Origin: Octopus sinensis | Taxonomy: Eukaryota | Assembly: GCF_006345805.1 (NCBI RefSeq) | Contig: NC_043003.1 | Span: 32,612,001 to 32,676,000 of the forward strand | Reading direction: 5' to 3' | DNA: 64,000 nucleotides | Part shown: positions 25,383-38,429 of the stretch, piece by piece | Numbering within the stretch: position 1 is the stretch's first letter | Layout of the letters: each line of letters opens with the position of its first letter | Program-made: the position numbers and the translations under genes | Notes under the pieces: model-generated | What the model was told of the DNA's origin: nothing | The model's database searches: none | What the model saw: the letters and a program-made list of their open reading frames with translations, nothing else

Positions 25383-26509
25383 ATTTTCTGTCCAAAAGTC
25401 TTTGTTTTAACCCAATATTTACACGTCATCAATCATAGCTTTTCTACATCGAGTTCCACCGTTAAAAACGAATTATTTCACTTCTTTCAAAGTTTCTAAA
25501 TCTTCATGACATTAACAACATTTATGTTTACATCACATCTCTTCATAACCAGCCAACATTTGGTACCTATATTAATTCATTAAACATTGTTGTTATGTAA
25601 GTTAATAGTGATAGGTTTAGTTGTATTCGAGCTTGGTATACTTTAAATAGCGATAAGCTACTATTCTCCCTATAAAAAAAATGGAATACTCTATTACTAA
25701 TGAAGCGGAAACCAATACGTAAACTAATCATGTTGGCCGCAGTGTTCAGACCACAGTAAAAGTATGCAATTTATCCACCGTATATTCTTTCACAGTACTG
25801 AAACCAAAAATGTGTTTACCAAATACACACACTCATAACTTTAGCTAATAGCTCCGCATATCCAAGTGCAGGTGTTTCGATTCATTACTAAGCGTTAGTG
25901 TTTGAAAAGCCAATTCAGCTATTTATGATTAGATTCAGTTGAACTTTTTTGTCTTTTTCCAACATTATGTGCTTCTCAATGATATCAGCAGATTTTAGTT
26001 CTCCGCTGAGCTTTCTCTTTGTGTCGAATTTTCGATACTTTTTACTGTGTCAGGGTATGTAATGTAATTCCTAATGAATTGCAATTCACCTGGGATTTTT
26101 TCAAATCTCATTTTCAAATATTAGATTCCAGGCAAGAGAATTATTGTGTTCCTGTTTGAAGAACCGAGAAAACTGCAGCACCTCCGTTCACTTCTGTTTA
26201 TTTAGCCATGTTTTGTTTAATCACGGATAAAAATATATAATCGCTCTGTATTGCCAGTGTTTGATTCAGTTTGATTAGTTTGGTTTTGTGTTTTAAGATT
26301 ATTATAAACTTTGTTGCAAGAGAAATGTTGGATTTAGACTTTTGTTGTTCTATTTTTTTTTTTAATGAATAAAAACAATCATTTGCGGATTCATACCAAA
26401 TGTTTAGAATCCAGAATATTCTGTATTTAGAGAAAATTGTCTGTTCTGAATATCAAGTTGTTATCATTGAAATTTTGTTTAATGGCTACTGTTCACATTT
26501 TATCTTTTA

Positions 26510-26905
26510 TCTTTTAATTGTTTCAACCACTAGCCTGTGGCCATGCTGGAGTACTGCCTTGAAACCTTTTAGTCGAACGAATCGATCCCAGTACCTATTC
26601 TTTTAAAGCCTGGTACTTATTATATCAATACCTTTCGTTGAACCCCCTAAGTTACTTGGATGTAAACAAACTAACACCGGTTGTCAAGCGGTGGTGGGAA
26701 TAAACACAAACACAGAGCCACACACATTGTTATATACATGTTTATACATGACTGGTTTCCACGCAGTTTCCGTCAACCAAATCTACTCACAAGGCTTTGG
26801 TCGGCCCGGGGCTATAGTAAAAGTCACATACCCAAATACCACACAGTGGGAGTGAACCCAGAACCATATGGTTGAGAAACAAAGTTCTTATCACACAGCC
26901 ACACC
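26510..26905 (-). mobile_element. SINE family B copy (diverged)
   Basis: Homologous to 4170-4562. Confidence 0.8.
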
Positions 26906-27344
26906 TTAATTTGTCATAGCATAAGTATAAGGTTATAGAATAGAACACTTGCGTTCCACAATAAAGAACCTGAAATATATAATATAGATAAACAGATACT
27001 AATCAAATATAGTGGTCGATTAAATCCTACAAATCTATTCCCATAAATCTTTAGATTTAAATCCCCAACTGGGAATATAAAGGGACACAATATAAACTAT
27101 TATATAAACTATAATACTTTTTAAGTCTGCTACATGAAAATATTGATTTCTTAGATTGGCACAGAGCTAAGAGTAGATGCTTTTAGTACAGTTGATGGGT
27201 TCGGTGGGAGATGCGTTCTAACTTGGAAATTCAGAGAAACATGTTAGAAGCCATAAGAAAACCAGAACCGGTAGATACAGAATCTTGATACGTGAATATT
27301 TACCAATCAAATTAAGTCTTTATTTTAGATTTGGTGTGTAGTTT

Positions 27345-27469
27345 ATGTGTGTGTGTGTGTGTGAGAGAAAGAAAGAAAGAAAGAAAGAAAGAAAGGAAGG
27401 AAGGAAGAAAGAAAGAAATGAAGGAAGAAAGGAAGAAAGACAGGAAGAGGGAAATGAAGAGGGAAAGGG

Positions 27470-27512
<43 letters not shown>

Positions 27513-27550
27513 CAGGAAGAAAGAAAGAACGAACGAAAGAAGGAAAGAAG
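27345..27550. repeat. (TG)n and (GAAA/GGAA)n microsatellite
   Basis: Visible directly. Confidence 0.95.
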
Positions 27551-28198
27551 TAGAGCATCAAGGTCCTTGGTATATTAGTAGCACTCTAATGCATCTGACA
27601 TCTGAGCTTTATAGAGTTTCAGGAACTGATCAGTGCTGAATCGGTGAGTCGAACAAGGTGTCCTTTATGAATAATAAAAAAATCAGATGAGTCGAACAAG
27701 GATACGGATATCCTTATTCTGAGACGAATAATTCTGATAGTTCTGAATGATTAATGTGAAATTTCAACAATAATGCAAGGCTGGTTCATGTCAATATTTC
27801 ATTTTCTATAGTAGAAATCTATTGCTTTTTGCAGGATATGTATTGTAATTGTACAGGCTGCCGTCACTCAAGAGCGAAAATGGTTTGGGAATATGTACCA
27901 CGTTTTTTCGCATTGTTTTAGACGCTTATGTTTCTGTGAGTACACATAGACAGTACCTTGTCCCCTTCTCTCTTGACTCAGCAGAGCTTCCAAGATACAA
28001 CAGCTGGGGGAAGAGAAAGGGCTGTACGAGCACCTGATTGGTAATCAGTACAGCTAAATAGACATGAGCAAGGTGAAGGGAAGTGCCTTGCTCAGGAACA
28101 CACTTCAACCTTAGTCCAGCAATTGAATATTCAACCTTTGGATTATCAACGAACAGCCTAATCACTAATCTACGCAACTTCAGGTATACAACTGTAAC

Positions 28199-28590
28199 TA
28201 GTAGTAGGAGCACTCCGTCGGTTGCGACGATGAGGGTCCCAGCTGATACGATCAACGGAACAGCTTGCTCGTGATATTAACGTGCAAGTGACTGAGCACT
28301 CCACAGACACGTGTACCCTTAACGTAGTTCTCGAGGAGATTCAGCGTGACACACAGAATGTGACAAGACTGGCCCTTTGAAATACAGGTACAAGAGAAAC
28401 AGGAAGAAAGAGCGAGAGAAAGTTGTGGTGAAAGAGTACAGCAGGGTTCACCACCACCCCCTGCCGGAGCTTCGTGGAGCTTTAGGTGTTTTCGCTCAAT
28501 AAACACTCACAATGCCCGGTCTGGGAATCGAAACCGCGATCCTCCGACCGCGAGTCCGCTGCCCTAACCACTGGGCCATTGCACCTCCAC
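28199..28590 (-). mobile_element. tRNA-derived SINE, family C (Nin/Deu-like domain) with an 11-bp TSD
   Basis: Head GTGGAGGTGCAATGGCCCAGTGGTTAGGGCAGCGGACTCG...GGTTTCGATTCCC, central ACGTTAAGGGTACACGTGTCTGTGGAGTGCTCAGTCACTTGCACGTTAA, and TSD ACAACTGTAAC at 28188-28198 and 28591-28601. Confidence 0.88.
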
Positions 28591-28873
28591 ACAACTGTAA
28601 CACCATCTTTCCGAACACTGATAGTCTAGAACTTTATATAATCAGCACTAATTTACTCTATGTACATGTATTTCATTTAATTATGTAAGTAAATATAATA
28701 TTTGCTCACCTTAGATTATGTTGATCAAGATGATCAACACACTTTATAAGCTCAGAAAAATCAATAACCCGGGATGGCTTTAGAACCAAAAGTTCTGGAA
28801 AATCGATGTTGCCCGTGTATAATATTTGTGATAATACTTTAATCAATTTCATAAACTAAAGCCGCTCGAGTTT

Positions 28874-29675
28874 AATAATATGGAAAAACATCCGTCAGTG
28901 GCAACAGAGTGTGATTTCATAACCCTTTCTATGTCTTCATTCAATTTTATTTGGTGTGTAAGGCGGTGAGCTGGCAGAAACGTTAGCACCCCGGGCGAAA
29001 TGCTTTGCGGTATTTCGTCTGCCACTACGTTCTGAGTTCAAATTCCGCCCAGGTCGACTTTGCCTTTCATCGTTTCGGGGTCGATTAAATAATTACCAGT
29101 TACGCTCTGGGGTCGATATAATCGACTTGATCCGTTTGTCTGTCCTTGTTTATCCTCTCTGTGTTTAGCCCCTTGTGGGTAGTAAAGAAACAAATAATAT
29201 GGAAAAGAATCCGTCAGTGGCAATACAGTATGATTTCATAGCCCTTTCTATGTCTTCATTCAATTTTATTTTGTGTGTAAGGCGGCGAGCTGGCAGAAAC
29301 GTTGGCACGCCGGGCGAAATGCGTAGCCGTATTTCGTCTGCCGTTACACTCTGGGTTCAAATTCCGCCCAGGTCGACTTTGCCTTTCATTCTTTCGGGGT
29401 CGATAAATTAAGTACCAGTTACGCACTGGGGTCCATGTATTGACTTAATCCGTTTGTCTGTCCTTGTTTGTTCCCTCTGTGTTTAGCCCCTTGTGGGTAG
29501 TAAAGAAATAGGTATTTCGACTGTCTTTAGGTTCTGAATTCAGATTCCGCCGAAGTCGACTTTACCTTTTATCCTTTCGGGATCGATAAATTAAGTACTA
29601 GTACGCAACTGGGGTTGATCTAATCGACTGGTCATCTCCCCAAAAAACTTCGTACCTTGTGCCTAAAGTAGAAAA
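28874..29675 (+). mobile_element. SINE family A copies within a 319-bp tandem duplication
   Basis: SINE heads at 28962 and 29281 are each preceded by the same ~88-bp flank. The second copy has an extra body unit extending to ~29675. Confidence 0.85.
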
Positions 29676-30599
29676 TAATTTTATTTTGTGCGTATGTAGT
29701 GACGCGTACAATTAGACACCCAGTCGCCTCGTAGGCTTGGTTGACCCAACGGAGCATCGGGTGGGGGAAGGGTAACAGAGGAGAGAGAAAAGGGACTGTT
29801 GCTACGCACTTCCAGATAAGTAGACGAGGGCAACGAAACGTGCCACCCGATCTTTGTATCGAACTCACAACTTATAACCGTGAGACCAACACCGCTACAC
29901 TCATATGTCGTGAAATATTTTTGTTTATTTTTTATTAAAAATTTTCAAAGACGTAACTTTTCTTGAAGACAATAAATCATGTTCGCTTTGCTTTGTTGTT
30001 TTTTTAATTAAAGAAAACAATTTAATTTTCTCTAGATTTATGTACTTTTAATCGTATTACGAATTTATTGAAATTTTTCTCTTCCTGCATTTCAATGTAT
30101 GCAGCATTCCTTGTTTGTTTCGTGCTTTTATATGTTTGTTTTCTAACCTTATTTATCATCCATCGTAACTGTCATTTCTTTGACAGTTATAATTAAATAT
30201 ATGATAAACTCTTGGAGCTTTTTAATATTTATTTGATATATTTTATCGTTATTTATGAAGCTTCTATGTATGTGAACTTCTCTGAGCCAGAAACATCTAC
30301 CTCAAACACTAAAATATCAATACGTAAGTAACCTACTTAATGTAATTTCCAAGGTAGGTTTCCATAATGGATAAGTCAATGAAGGAGCGACTTTGGACGA
30401 TCGACCTGCCAGAAACAACAGCTAAATACGTATCAAACAACGGCTTTGTCTGTTTCTATTTGTTTTTGCAGGTCCTTCGAGACCGATGACACAGGGGAAT
30501 GTTTATCTATTCACATTCTCCTCTCGCTATTCCTGGAATGGTCGATGTTGTAGAGTTCTCATGCATCTCATCCATAGGGTCTTTTTAACCTCTGACTGA

Positions 30600-31150
30600 T
30601 TTGAGTATGCTAAAGGGCTTGTACCTCTGGAAAGACACCAAACCAACGGCAATCTGGGCATGATATTGCCAGTTTTTAAAAAGATACAAGAGAGGGGATT
30701 CTAATCATAGAGGAATTTCCCTTTTGAGCATCCTCGGTAAAATCTTCGTTAGACGCCTGGAAAAGAGATGTACGGAAATTGTCAAACCTAAGCTACCCGA
30801 AGTAGAATGTGGCTTCCTCTTAAACCCAAGCACAATTTACCAGATATTCAAACTATGACAGGTCTTGGAGAAATCGAGAAAATATTGCCAATAGTTATAT
30901 ACTTGCTTTGTAGACCTCGGAAAAGCATATGGCCGCGTGCCTGGGCCATGCTGTGGCGGGGTTCACAGGAGTATGGGACTAATGGACTAATGAAGCCTCT
31001 ATACGAATGCCCTGGTATTTGCATTCGGGTAAATAGTGCTTTCAACGTGAGTGTTGGACTTCAGCACGGGTGCGTATTGTCACCTCCTTTATTCATAATT
31101 TTTATGATGTGGATTAACAGACACCGCTGTTGTGAAAGTGACGCTATTAA
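30600..31150 (+). pseudogene. RTE/RTEX-type reverse transcriptase fragment
   Basis: NHRGISLLSILGKIF, PKLPEVECGF, CFVDLGKAYGRVP, VGLQHGCVLSPPLFIIFM. Confidence 0.85.
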
Positions 31151-32197
31151 TGTTTAAAGTCTTTAAAAGTTGCGCTTGTAGAAAAGATACGAACGTGGAG
31201 GAGATCACAGAGGAAACTTTCCTGGGGAGTAAAGATTGAGGGTAGTGATTTTTGCGGTGTTTGGTGTAACCATGTGGAAAGAGAGAAGTCGTTGGGTTGA
31301 GCTTGAATAGAAGAGGCAGAAGACCAGTTAGCTCTTCATGAAAACTTAGACTATTCTTATATAAGACCACAATACTTGATGTTACCCGAGTGTAAACTGT
31401 TCTAGAAGAAAAGACGACGTGGTCATGGTTGAAATGTGCTTTAATCGTGGTTCTGGCTGTTCTAATCTAACTGACCTGGGGCTGAACAACAACAAAACAA
31501 GTGACAAACAAAAGAAGATTTTGACTGCACTATAACCTGATACGTCTGTGCCATCAATTATATATTACACTGCTAAATATATGTGTCAACGCAATACTAA
31601 CATGTACTAGTAAATTCATCTCAGTCATTGAGTTTATTTTTATTTCAGTATACTGATTTCGGACACAAATCAATGTGCACTATTGTACATCTATTTAATG
31701 GTTCTGTTATCACCATCTTTATAAATACACGCATGGCTGTAGAGGTCTAATAATGCTAAAACATGTCTGTCGTTGATTTCTGTTGCTAAAAGGATTAAAA
31801 TAATAGTAAATAAACTGTCTTTCTATTCTTTGCATAAATATTTCTAATTAGATTTTGATGCTCTCTGCATTAAATATTTTAATATTAACTATTGTTTTTC
31901 GTGAAGATGGCATCTCTGGATAATTAGCCTCAATGATTTATTATGTATTTATTTCTTTTGTTGTTTGTCTTTCATTCTATTTTTTTTATATGTACTGAAT
32001 CAACTTTTCTGCATGAGATGTTACTACAGCAAAGTGTGGTAATATCCCATGCAGAACACGTCCAATGAACTGGCGTCTTTGGGGCGAAAAATTCAGAGTT
32101 ATGAACTGCAACTTCGATTTTTAATGCAACAATAAATAACAGAAAGTCTATTGACTGCTCTCTCCATTGTATGAGTCTAACAACAATTTAATTATGA

Positions 32198-32249
<52 letters not shown>

Positions 32250-33215
32250 TGTGTGTGGTGTGTGTAATTGTGTGTTCATGTGTGTGTATACGCCCTCGTA
32301 TGTGTGTTGGGGGTATGTGTTTGAAGTTGGCATTTTGCCATATCCGACTGTCGATATTCTTCTAATAGCTCTAAGTACATTTGCTGCATGTTCATAAGTG
32401 AATAATGAGACCAATTTTAACCCCGATTTGAATGTATTTAAATAATTTCTACTGAATTCTTCATATTCATTTTTTCTGTCCGTTGTAATGTTTACCTTTA
32501 TTTAGGAATGTTTGACTCTCAGAAGAATCAAAAGTTTTATCGTACCACCATTAATATTCACTATTCCTTTATATTCCATTGAACCTACAACCTGAGTTAC
32601 ATCAGTCTCAAGTAGTTTATTCCTAGCAGCCATATTAATAACAAACTTCTATTAGTTATCTCATATAAACTTGTGTTCGATATCCTTGTATCTAGCTATC
32701 CCACGTAATTTTCTCACTGTTGAACGATATGAATCATTTTTATAAGAGTTCTTTGACATCTGGGAAACATGCTAGATATGTATGTATATTTTTAGTCGAA
32801 AAATAGACTTCACCTATTCGGAACGAAGTAAAAGAGTTATTTGTTAGGGATTTTATCTAACAAATGAGCAAGAACTCTGCTATTTTATTAATACCACTTG
32901 GTTCAAAGGTAATCTGGTTATATGCAGGAGCTAAATCGATCTTTGAAGAAAACTGTAACACCGTGTAAAAATGATGAGAAATCATGAAAGTGGTGAATAG
33001 AATATTTATGAAGGCGTTGGCATGACCTTCAGCATGGCTAAAGCAAACTAAAGAACAAAAAGAGCATGAGTTTCTTGGTTTGCATATACTGGTCAATACT
33101 TACTGCCAACCAAAATAGGTTTATGAGAAATATACCTTGCATGCTTCAATCCCACATTTTCTCAAATCTACTTCGTATGTCACTGGAGAAACAAGTATGT
33201 CTTTTTTGTACGTGA

Positions 33216-33216
<1 letters not shown>

Positions 33217-33246
<30 letters not shown>

Positions 33247-33440
33247 TGTATGTATGTATGTATGTATGTATGTATGTATGTGCTTATGTATGTATGTATG
33301 TATGTATGTATGTATGTATGTATGTATGTATGTATGTATGTGCTTATGTATGTATGTATGTATGTATGTATGTATGTATGTATGTATGTATGTATGTATG
33401 TATGTATGTATGTATGTATGTGCTTATGTATGTATATGTA
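33217..33440. repeat. (TATG)n microsatellite with a 60-bp higher-order interruption (TGCT)
   Basis: TGCTTATG recurs at 33281, 33341 and 33421. Confidence 0.9.
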
Positions 33441-35419
33441 TACATGCGCGTAGAACAGTATGCACTATCACAAGAGGTAAGGAAAATTATTTTTTAGCGT
33501 TTTGCACGTTAGTTAAAGGGAAATGACATGAGATTGAAAATTTCTTGATGTTATTTTGCAAACTCTGCATCTTGAGTTCATATCCTAAGTCTACCTTGCC
33601 TTTCGTTCTCTCGGGAACGACGAATTAAATATCAGTCCAGGGCAGAGATGCTTCACATTATCTATTCGAGATCACTGTCTTCTGATAGAAACACCTATGA
33701 CGACATCGGTGCCAAGCTATGTCGGTTTTGCTTTTATTTTTGATGAGATCATTGGGCTGGAGAGGGAGAGACATTCACATATAAGCAACTGTTAGTCTTC
33801 CATAAGGAAAAAAACTTTGCCCAGATTTGCATCTTGAAGTGGAACTTTTTCGGCGCAAACGCACAGAGGCCTCCAGGTTAGAAAACGGTGTCCGTTTATA
33901 TGTGTGTGTATATATATGTTTACATACTTAAAACATTTCTATGACTGTGTCCTCTCATCTTTTAACTCCCGTCACTATCTCACATGTTTAACAGTCTCTG
34001 ATTTGCTCACCTCTATATGCCTTATCTTCCTATCAACACCTGTTTCGCTTGTTATCTTTTCTGCTTTCTTCGTTGCCCTACCACTACCACTTAACTACTT
34101 AAAACATCTTAAAACTACATTTCTTTTGCAGACAAAGATCCCGCACGAAACTCTACAATTCTTTTCTACCATAAAATAGAAATATATTCAAATTTTTCGA
34201 ACTTAATTAAAAACATTTTTCCAGCACAGATCACTAATTTAATCGTTAACTTTTTATTATATTTTTATGGAAATTTAACAGAGATCATAATTATTATTTT
34301 TTAAAATAGATAACATATTTAAATAAAAATACGAAGCATAAAATAAAAAAAGTTCGAAAATTTATGGTACTTGTTATTACACATGAGAATTTATATGAAA
34401 ATTCTTCGATGTTATAGTTATATCGACGGTTCGTTTCGTTTCACTCATTCTCTGATCTTCTCTGAGATGCTAATGAAACGAATTATTCAATTGAATTCCA
34501 GTCTGATAGCTGATGTAACTTTTTTATTGAAATTTCATTTGAACCATAGAATTAAAAGAAACAGCTTCAGACTATAGATTTATATAATAGCATAATTGCT
34601 ATAGAGTCTATGAAATATCGGTTACGCGATGAATATTTAACACAGTTAGCGTGCAACTACACTTTAACACTTGCTCATGATTGTAATATCTGTCTTAAAG
34701 ACCCGACCAATTTTAGGAAACGACTGTTATTGTTGTTTCTGCTGTAGTTGTTTTCAATAACATATATTTCCTTGACTGAGTATCCTCTGATTAAAGACAT
34801 TTTGGCTAACTTGCTATCTTTACATTTTTCTGTCAAATGACTACATTGATTAAAGTATCTTTCGTTTCTTTACACAGTAGGATATAAATAAAAAAGAATT
34901 TTGCTGATATTTTTAGGTCTTTTTCCTGCATAGAAGCTCCTTCCATCGGTGTTGTTTCATCCTTTCTATGGTAATTTCAAGGTTTCTGAAACCATGGAGA
35001 TTTTCACTAATGAATTTGATTAATAAGAAGGAAAAGTCGCTGTCAGTAAGAAACACAGACGAGTAAGTTCGTATCAAATTAATTTTGCGATCCGGCTTCG
35101 TGACGCCAATTTGTTTCATTAAGGCTCCTAAAGAGCTAATGAGGAAGCATCTAAGTTGTTTATTAATCTGCTAAATTTCCCTCATGTCACACGCTACCGT
35201 TTTCTCAATGGAATGACACAGTGGATAACGTAGTTTTAAATGCATTATTCTTGAAAAGGCATGGTCACGGATGGAATACACTTGATCAGTAGACAACACA
35301 GTAAGGGCTGACATGAGATTAACAATTAACTTTGCGAGCCACCTGTAAAAAACAGTCGTTTTCAATGGACCTGGGAAGAATACAAATATCAAAATACTTT
35401 TGTGCCCAGTTAAATATAA

Positions 35420-35736
35420 AGAAAAGTAATATATAGACCTTCAGAAACAATATGAACTAAAAAAAATAATAATAAATAGACAGTAATTTGTAGGCCTTCA
35501 AATGTAATATACAAACCTGCAAAAGGTAAAGACAGATCTCCAAAAGTAATGAGTAGGCCTGAAAATGTACAATATAGATGTCCAAATGTTGTTTGTAGAC
35601 CTCTAAAACATATACAAGATATCAAAGATAGTAACTTGTAAAAAGGCCCAAAAAATAGTTAGACCACCAACGTAACATATAAATCGCCAACGTCGGTAGT
35701 ATATAGACTTATAAAAAGAATATATAGTGTTCTAAA

Positions 35737-35783
<47 letters not shown>

Positions 35784-35863
35784 TTAATAATAAATATTAA
35801 AATCCAAACTTACAGGGAAAAATCAGATTTAGGATTGAATCCAATTTTATAGTCTCTAATTTA

Positions 35864-35920
<57 letters not shown>

Positions 35921-36025
35921 AAAATTTAAAAGGCTGCCAAAAGTAGATCTCGAAAGGAATATATTACTTTCCAGACCGCCAGAAATAGCGTATACATCTC
36001 GAAATGTAGTATATAAAATTTCCAA
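35420..36025. repeat. Degenerate 21-bp minisatellite (consensus ~GTAATATATAGACCTCCAAAA), left part
   Basis: Units such as GTAATTTGTAGGCCTTCAAAT, GTAATATACAAACCTGCAAAA and GTAATGAGTAGGCCTGAAAAT. The array resumes at 39890-40000. Confidence 0.7.
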
Positions 36026-36124
36026 AATGGTGTGTACATACATACATACATACATACATACATACATACATACATACATACATACATACATACATACATA
36101 CATACATACATACATACACACATA

Positions 36125-37182
36125 CATGATGGCTTCCCCCTCATTATCGAGTATGGCCATTGCACGAAGCTTAACTGTTATTGGTGCTGTCCCCGAATGT
36201 GACTTTTTAGTTCATCTAAAGATCTACAATATCTTGTACAGAATTGGCAGCTAAAACCTTTACCAGCTGTAGTTGTGACTGGGCTTCATGTACCTTTGCA
36301 TGTCGTTTAAGTCCTCCTGCCGAATTATACTCTCTTCCACATGCCTGACAGATATGATTAGTATGGTGTGTAACACCACCACAAATGGACAGGCCGTCAC
36401 TCATCTGTCTCGCATTATGACTACGAAGATGACTCTTGAGTTCAGCTTTACTGAGGCAGGGTCTTTGACAGACACTGCATGTCAGCATCATAGGAAGTGT
36501 AACAGCGATGTCCTTCCTGAAATCCCTCCGTACTTTTTCATGCGCAACTCGAGATTTCTCAAAAATAGCTGTCCCCTCGTGCACAATCCTTCTTCGCCTG
36601 CTACGATCAATAGCTATGCCCTCCCATGTGTCAGGAGAGATACAACCATATCTTAAGGAAGTCTTTAGCAAGTCCTTATACCTCTTTTTTGGTTTATAGG
36701 AGGTCGTTCTCCTTTAGCTAACTCTCCCTAAAAGAGTTGTTTTGGCATCCTTGAATCCTTCATCCTGGCCAGATGATCACTCCATCTGAGCTTTTGCTAG
36801 AACACAAGAGCTTTTATACTTGCGCACTCAGAGCCTTCCAATATTTCAGGATCACTGATGCGGTCCTCCCACTTAATGCCATAGATCCGTCTGAGACACG
36901 TCTGATGGAAACGTTCCAGTTGTTTAAGGTGGTATCGATATGTGACCCACCTCTCGCGGGCATAGAGAAGAGAAGGGAACACACATGCCTTGTACACCTT
37001 TATCTTTGTCTTTCTGCATATGTCTCGCCGACTCCAGAGGCGCCTTTCTAGCTTTCCGAAAGCCTCACTCGCTTTCCTAATTCAGTTTGGAATTTCATCA
37101 TCCAAATTACTATATCTGTTAACAGTGCTTCCCAGATAGACAAACTGATCAACTACATCAAGTCGTTTACCACACAGATAGA
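36125..37182 (-). mobile_element. RTE-clade LINE, 3' half, with C-terminal C2H2 fingers and a (TATG)n tail
   Basis: DQFVYLGS, KASEAFGKL, VYKACVFPSLLY, LERFHQTCLRRIYGIKWEDR, KLRWSDHL, SRMPKQLF, DRSRRR, and the fingers CSVC..HLRSH and CQAC..HAKVH. Confidence 0.92.
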
Positions 37183-37214
37183 TATACACATACATACATA
37201 CATACATACATACA

Positions 37215-37246
<32 letters not shown>

Positions 37247-37274
37247 CATACATACACAAACATACATACATACA

Positions 37275-37308
<34 letters not shown>

Positions 37309-37321
37309 CATACATACATAT

Positions 37322-37366
<45 letters not shown>

Positions 37367-37479
37367 ATTATTCAGGTTACTTCAAGATTTCTTGCCAATA
37401 TAGAAAGAACCGGTTTCTAACCTTGATCCAAGGCTCCTTCACTGGAATTTCAAAATCAATAACAGGGTATTGTGTATGT

Positions 37480-38025
37480 ATGTGTGTGTGTGTATGTATG
37501 CATGTGCAGAGTTGTATGTATTCTCATGCATATAGTTGCATATATAAATATTCTCATATATATTTAAACGATAAACTTCTGGAAAGTTTTACAGATTTTT
37601 ACAGTTGCGGTGATGAATTGGATCTGTAGTCTTCGAATTACCTTTCTTCTTTCTGGTTTTTCGATGCCAAATTTCTCAAGATTGGTATTTAGACAGTGTC
37701 TTACATATCCCAAGGCCCCAATAATTACAGGTATAAACCTGAACTTGTAATCTGGATAGTGTAACTGCAGATTTCTCAATAGTTCAACATAAGTGTTCTC
37801 TTTTTCACTGATCTTCAGCATTATGTTAACATCTGCTGGGCAGCCAATTTATCTGTTGTGCTTACATTTTATTGAGGTCTTCACTAGTACATTCCACCAG
37901 TATTCCTTTTTAATATGAGTGGCTATGGCTTCTGCCATATTGTGGGTTCTTATTTCTTTGTCCTCGGGATTATCCTTCTGACGGATTTCATTATAGAGTG
38001 TCCTAGCTGCAACATCATGTATCAT
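37480..38025 (-). mobile_element. R4/Dong-like non-LTR element, 3' fragment (restriction-like endonuclease)
   Basis: IHDVAARTLY...EYWWNV..KT..KCKHNR...IGCPADVN..KISEKENTY..L...YKFRFIPVIIGALG...LQ.....TVKICKTF. Confidence 0.8.
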
Positions 38026-38027
38026 CG

Positions 38028-38397
38028 GTGTATGTATGTATGTACGTACGTATGTATGTATGTATGTATGTATGTATGTATGTATGTATGTATGTATGTA
38101 TGTATGTATGTATGTATGGATGTATGTATGTATGTATGTATGTGTGTGTATGTATGTATGTATGTATGTATGTATGTGTGTGTTGTATGTATGTATGTAT
38201 GCATGTGTGTGTGTATGTATGTATGTATGCATGTATGTATGTATGTATGTATGTATATGTATGTATGTATGCATGTATGTATGTATGTATGTATATATGT
38301 ATGTATGTATGCATGTATGTATGTATGTATGTGTGTGTATGTATGTATGTATGCATGTATGTATGTATGTAAGTATGTATGTATGTATGTATGTATG

Positions 38398-38426
<29 letters not shown>
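38028..38426. repeat. (TATG)n microsatellite
   Basis: Visible directly. Confidence 0.95.
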
Positions 38427-38428
<2 letters not shown>

Positions 38429-38429
38429 G

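Noticed and set aside
28520-28590. SINE heads as functional tRNA genes
   Set aside because: There is no complete acceptor stem, and they continue into SINE bodies bounded by a TSD or found in many diverged copies.
36216-36671. Host C2H2 zinc-finger gene
   Set aside because: It is contiguous with RTE reverse-transcriptase C-terminal motifs and a microsatellite tail, so it is part of the LINE.
37375-37450. Minus-strand hairpin AGCCTTGGATCAAGGTT followed by GAAACCGGTT as a hammerhead
   Set aside because: The CUGANGA core and stem I are not recoverable in this copy.
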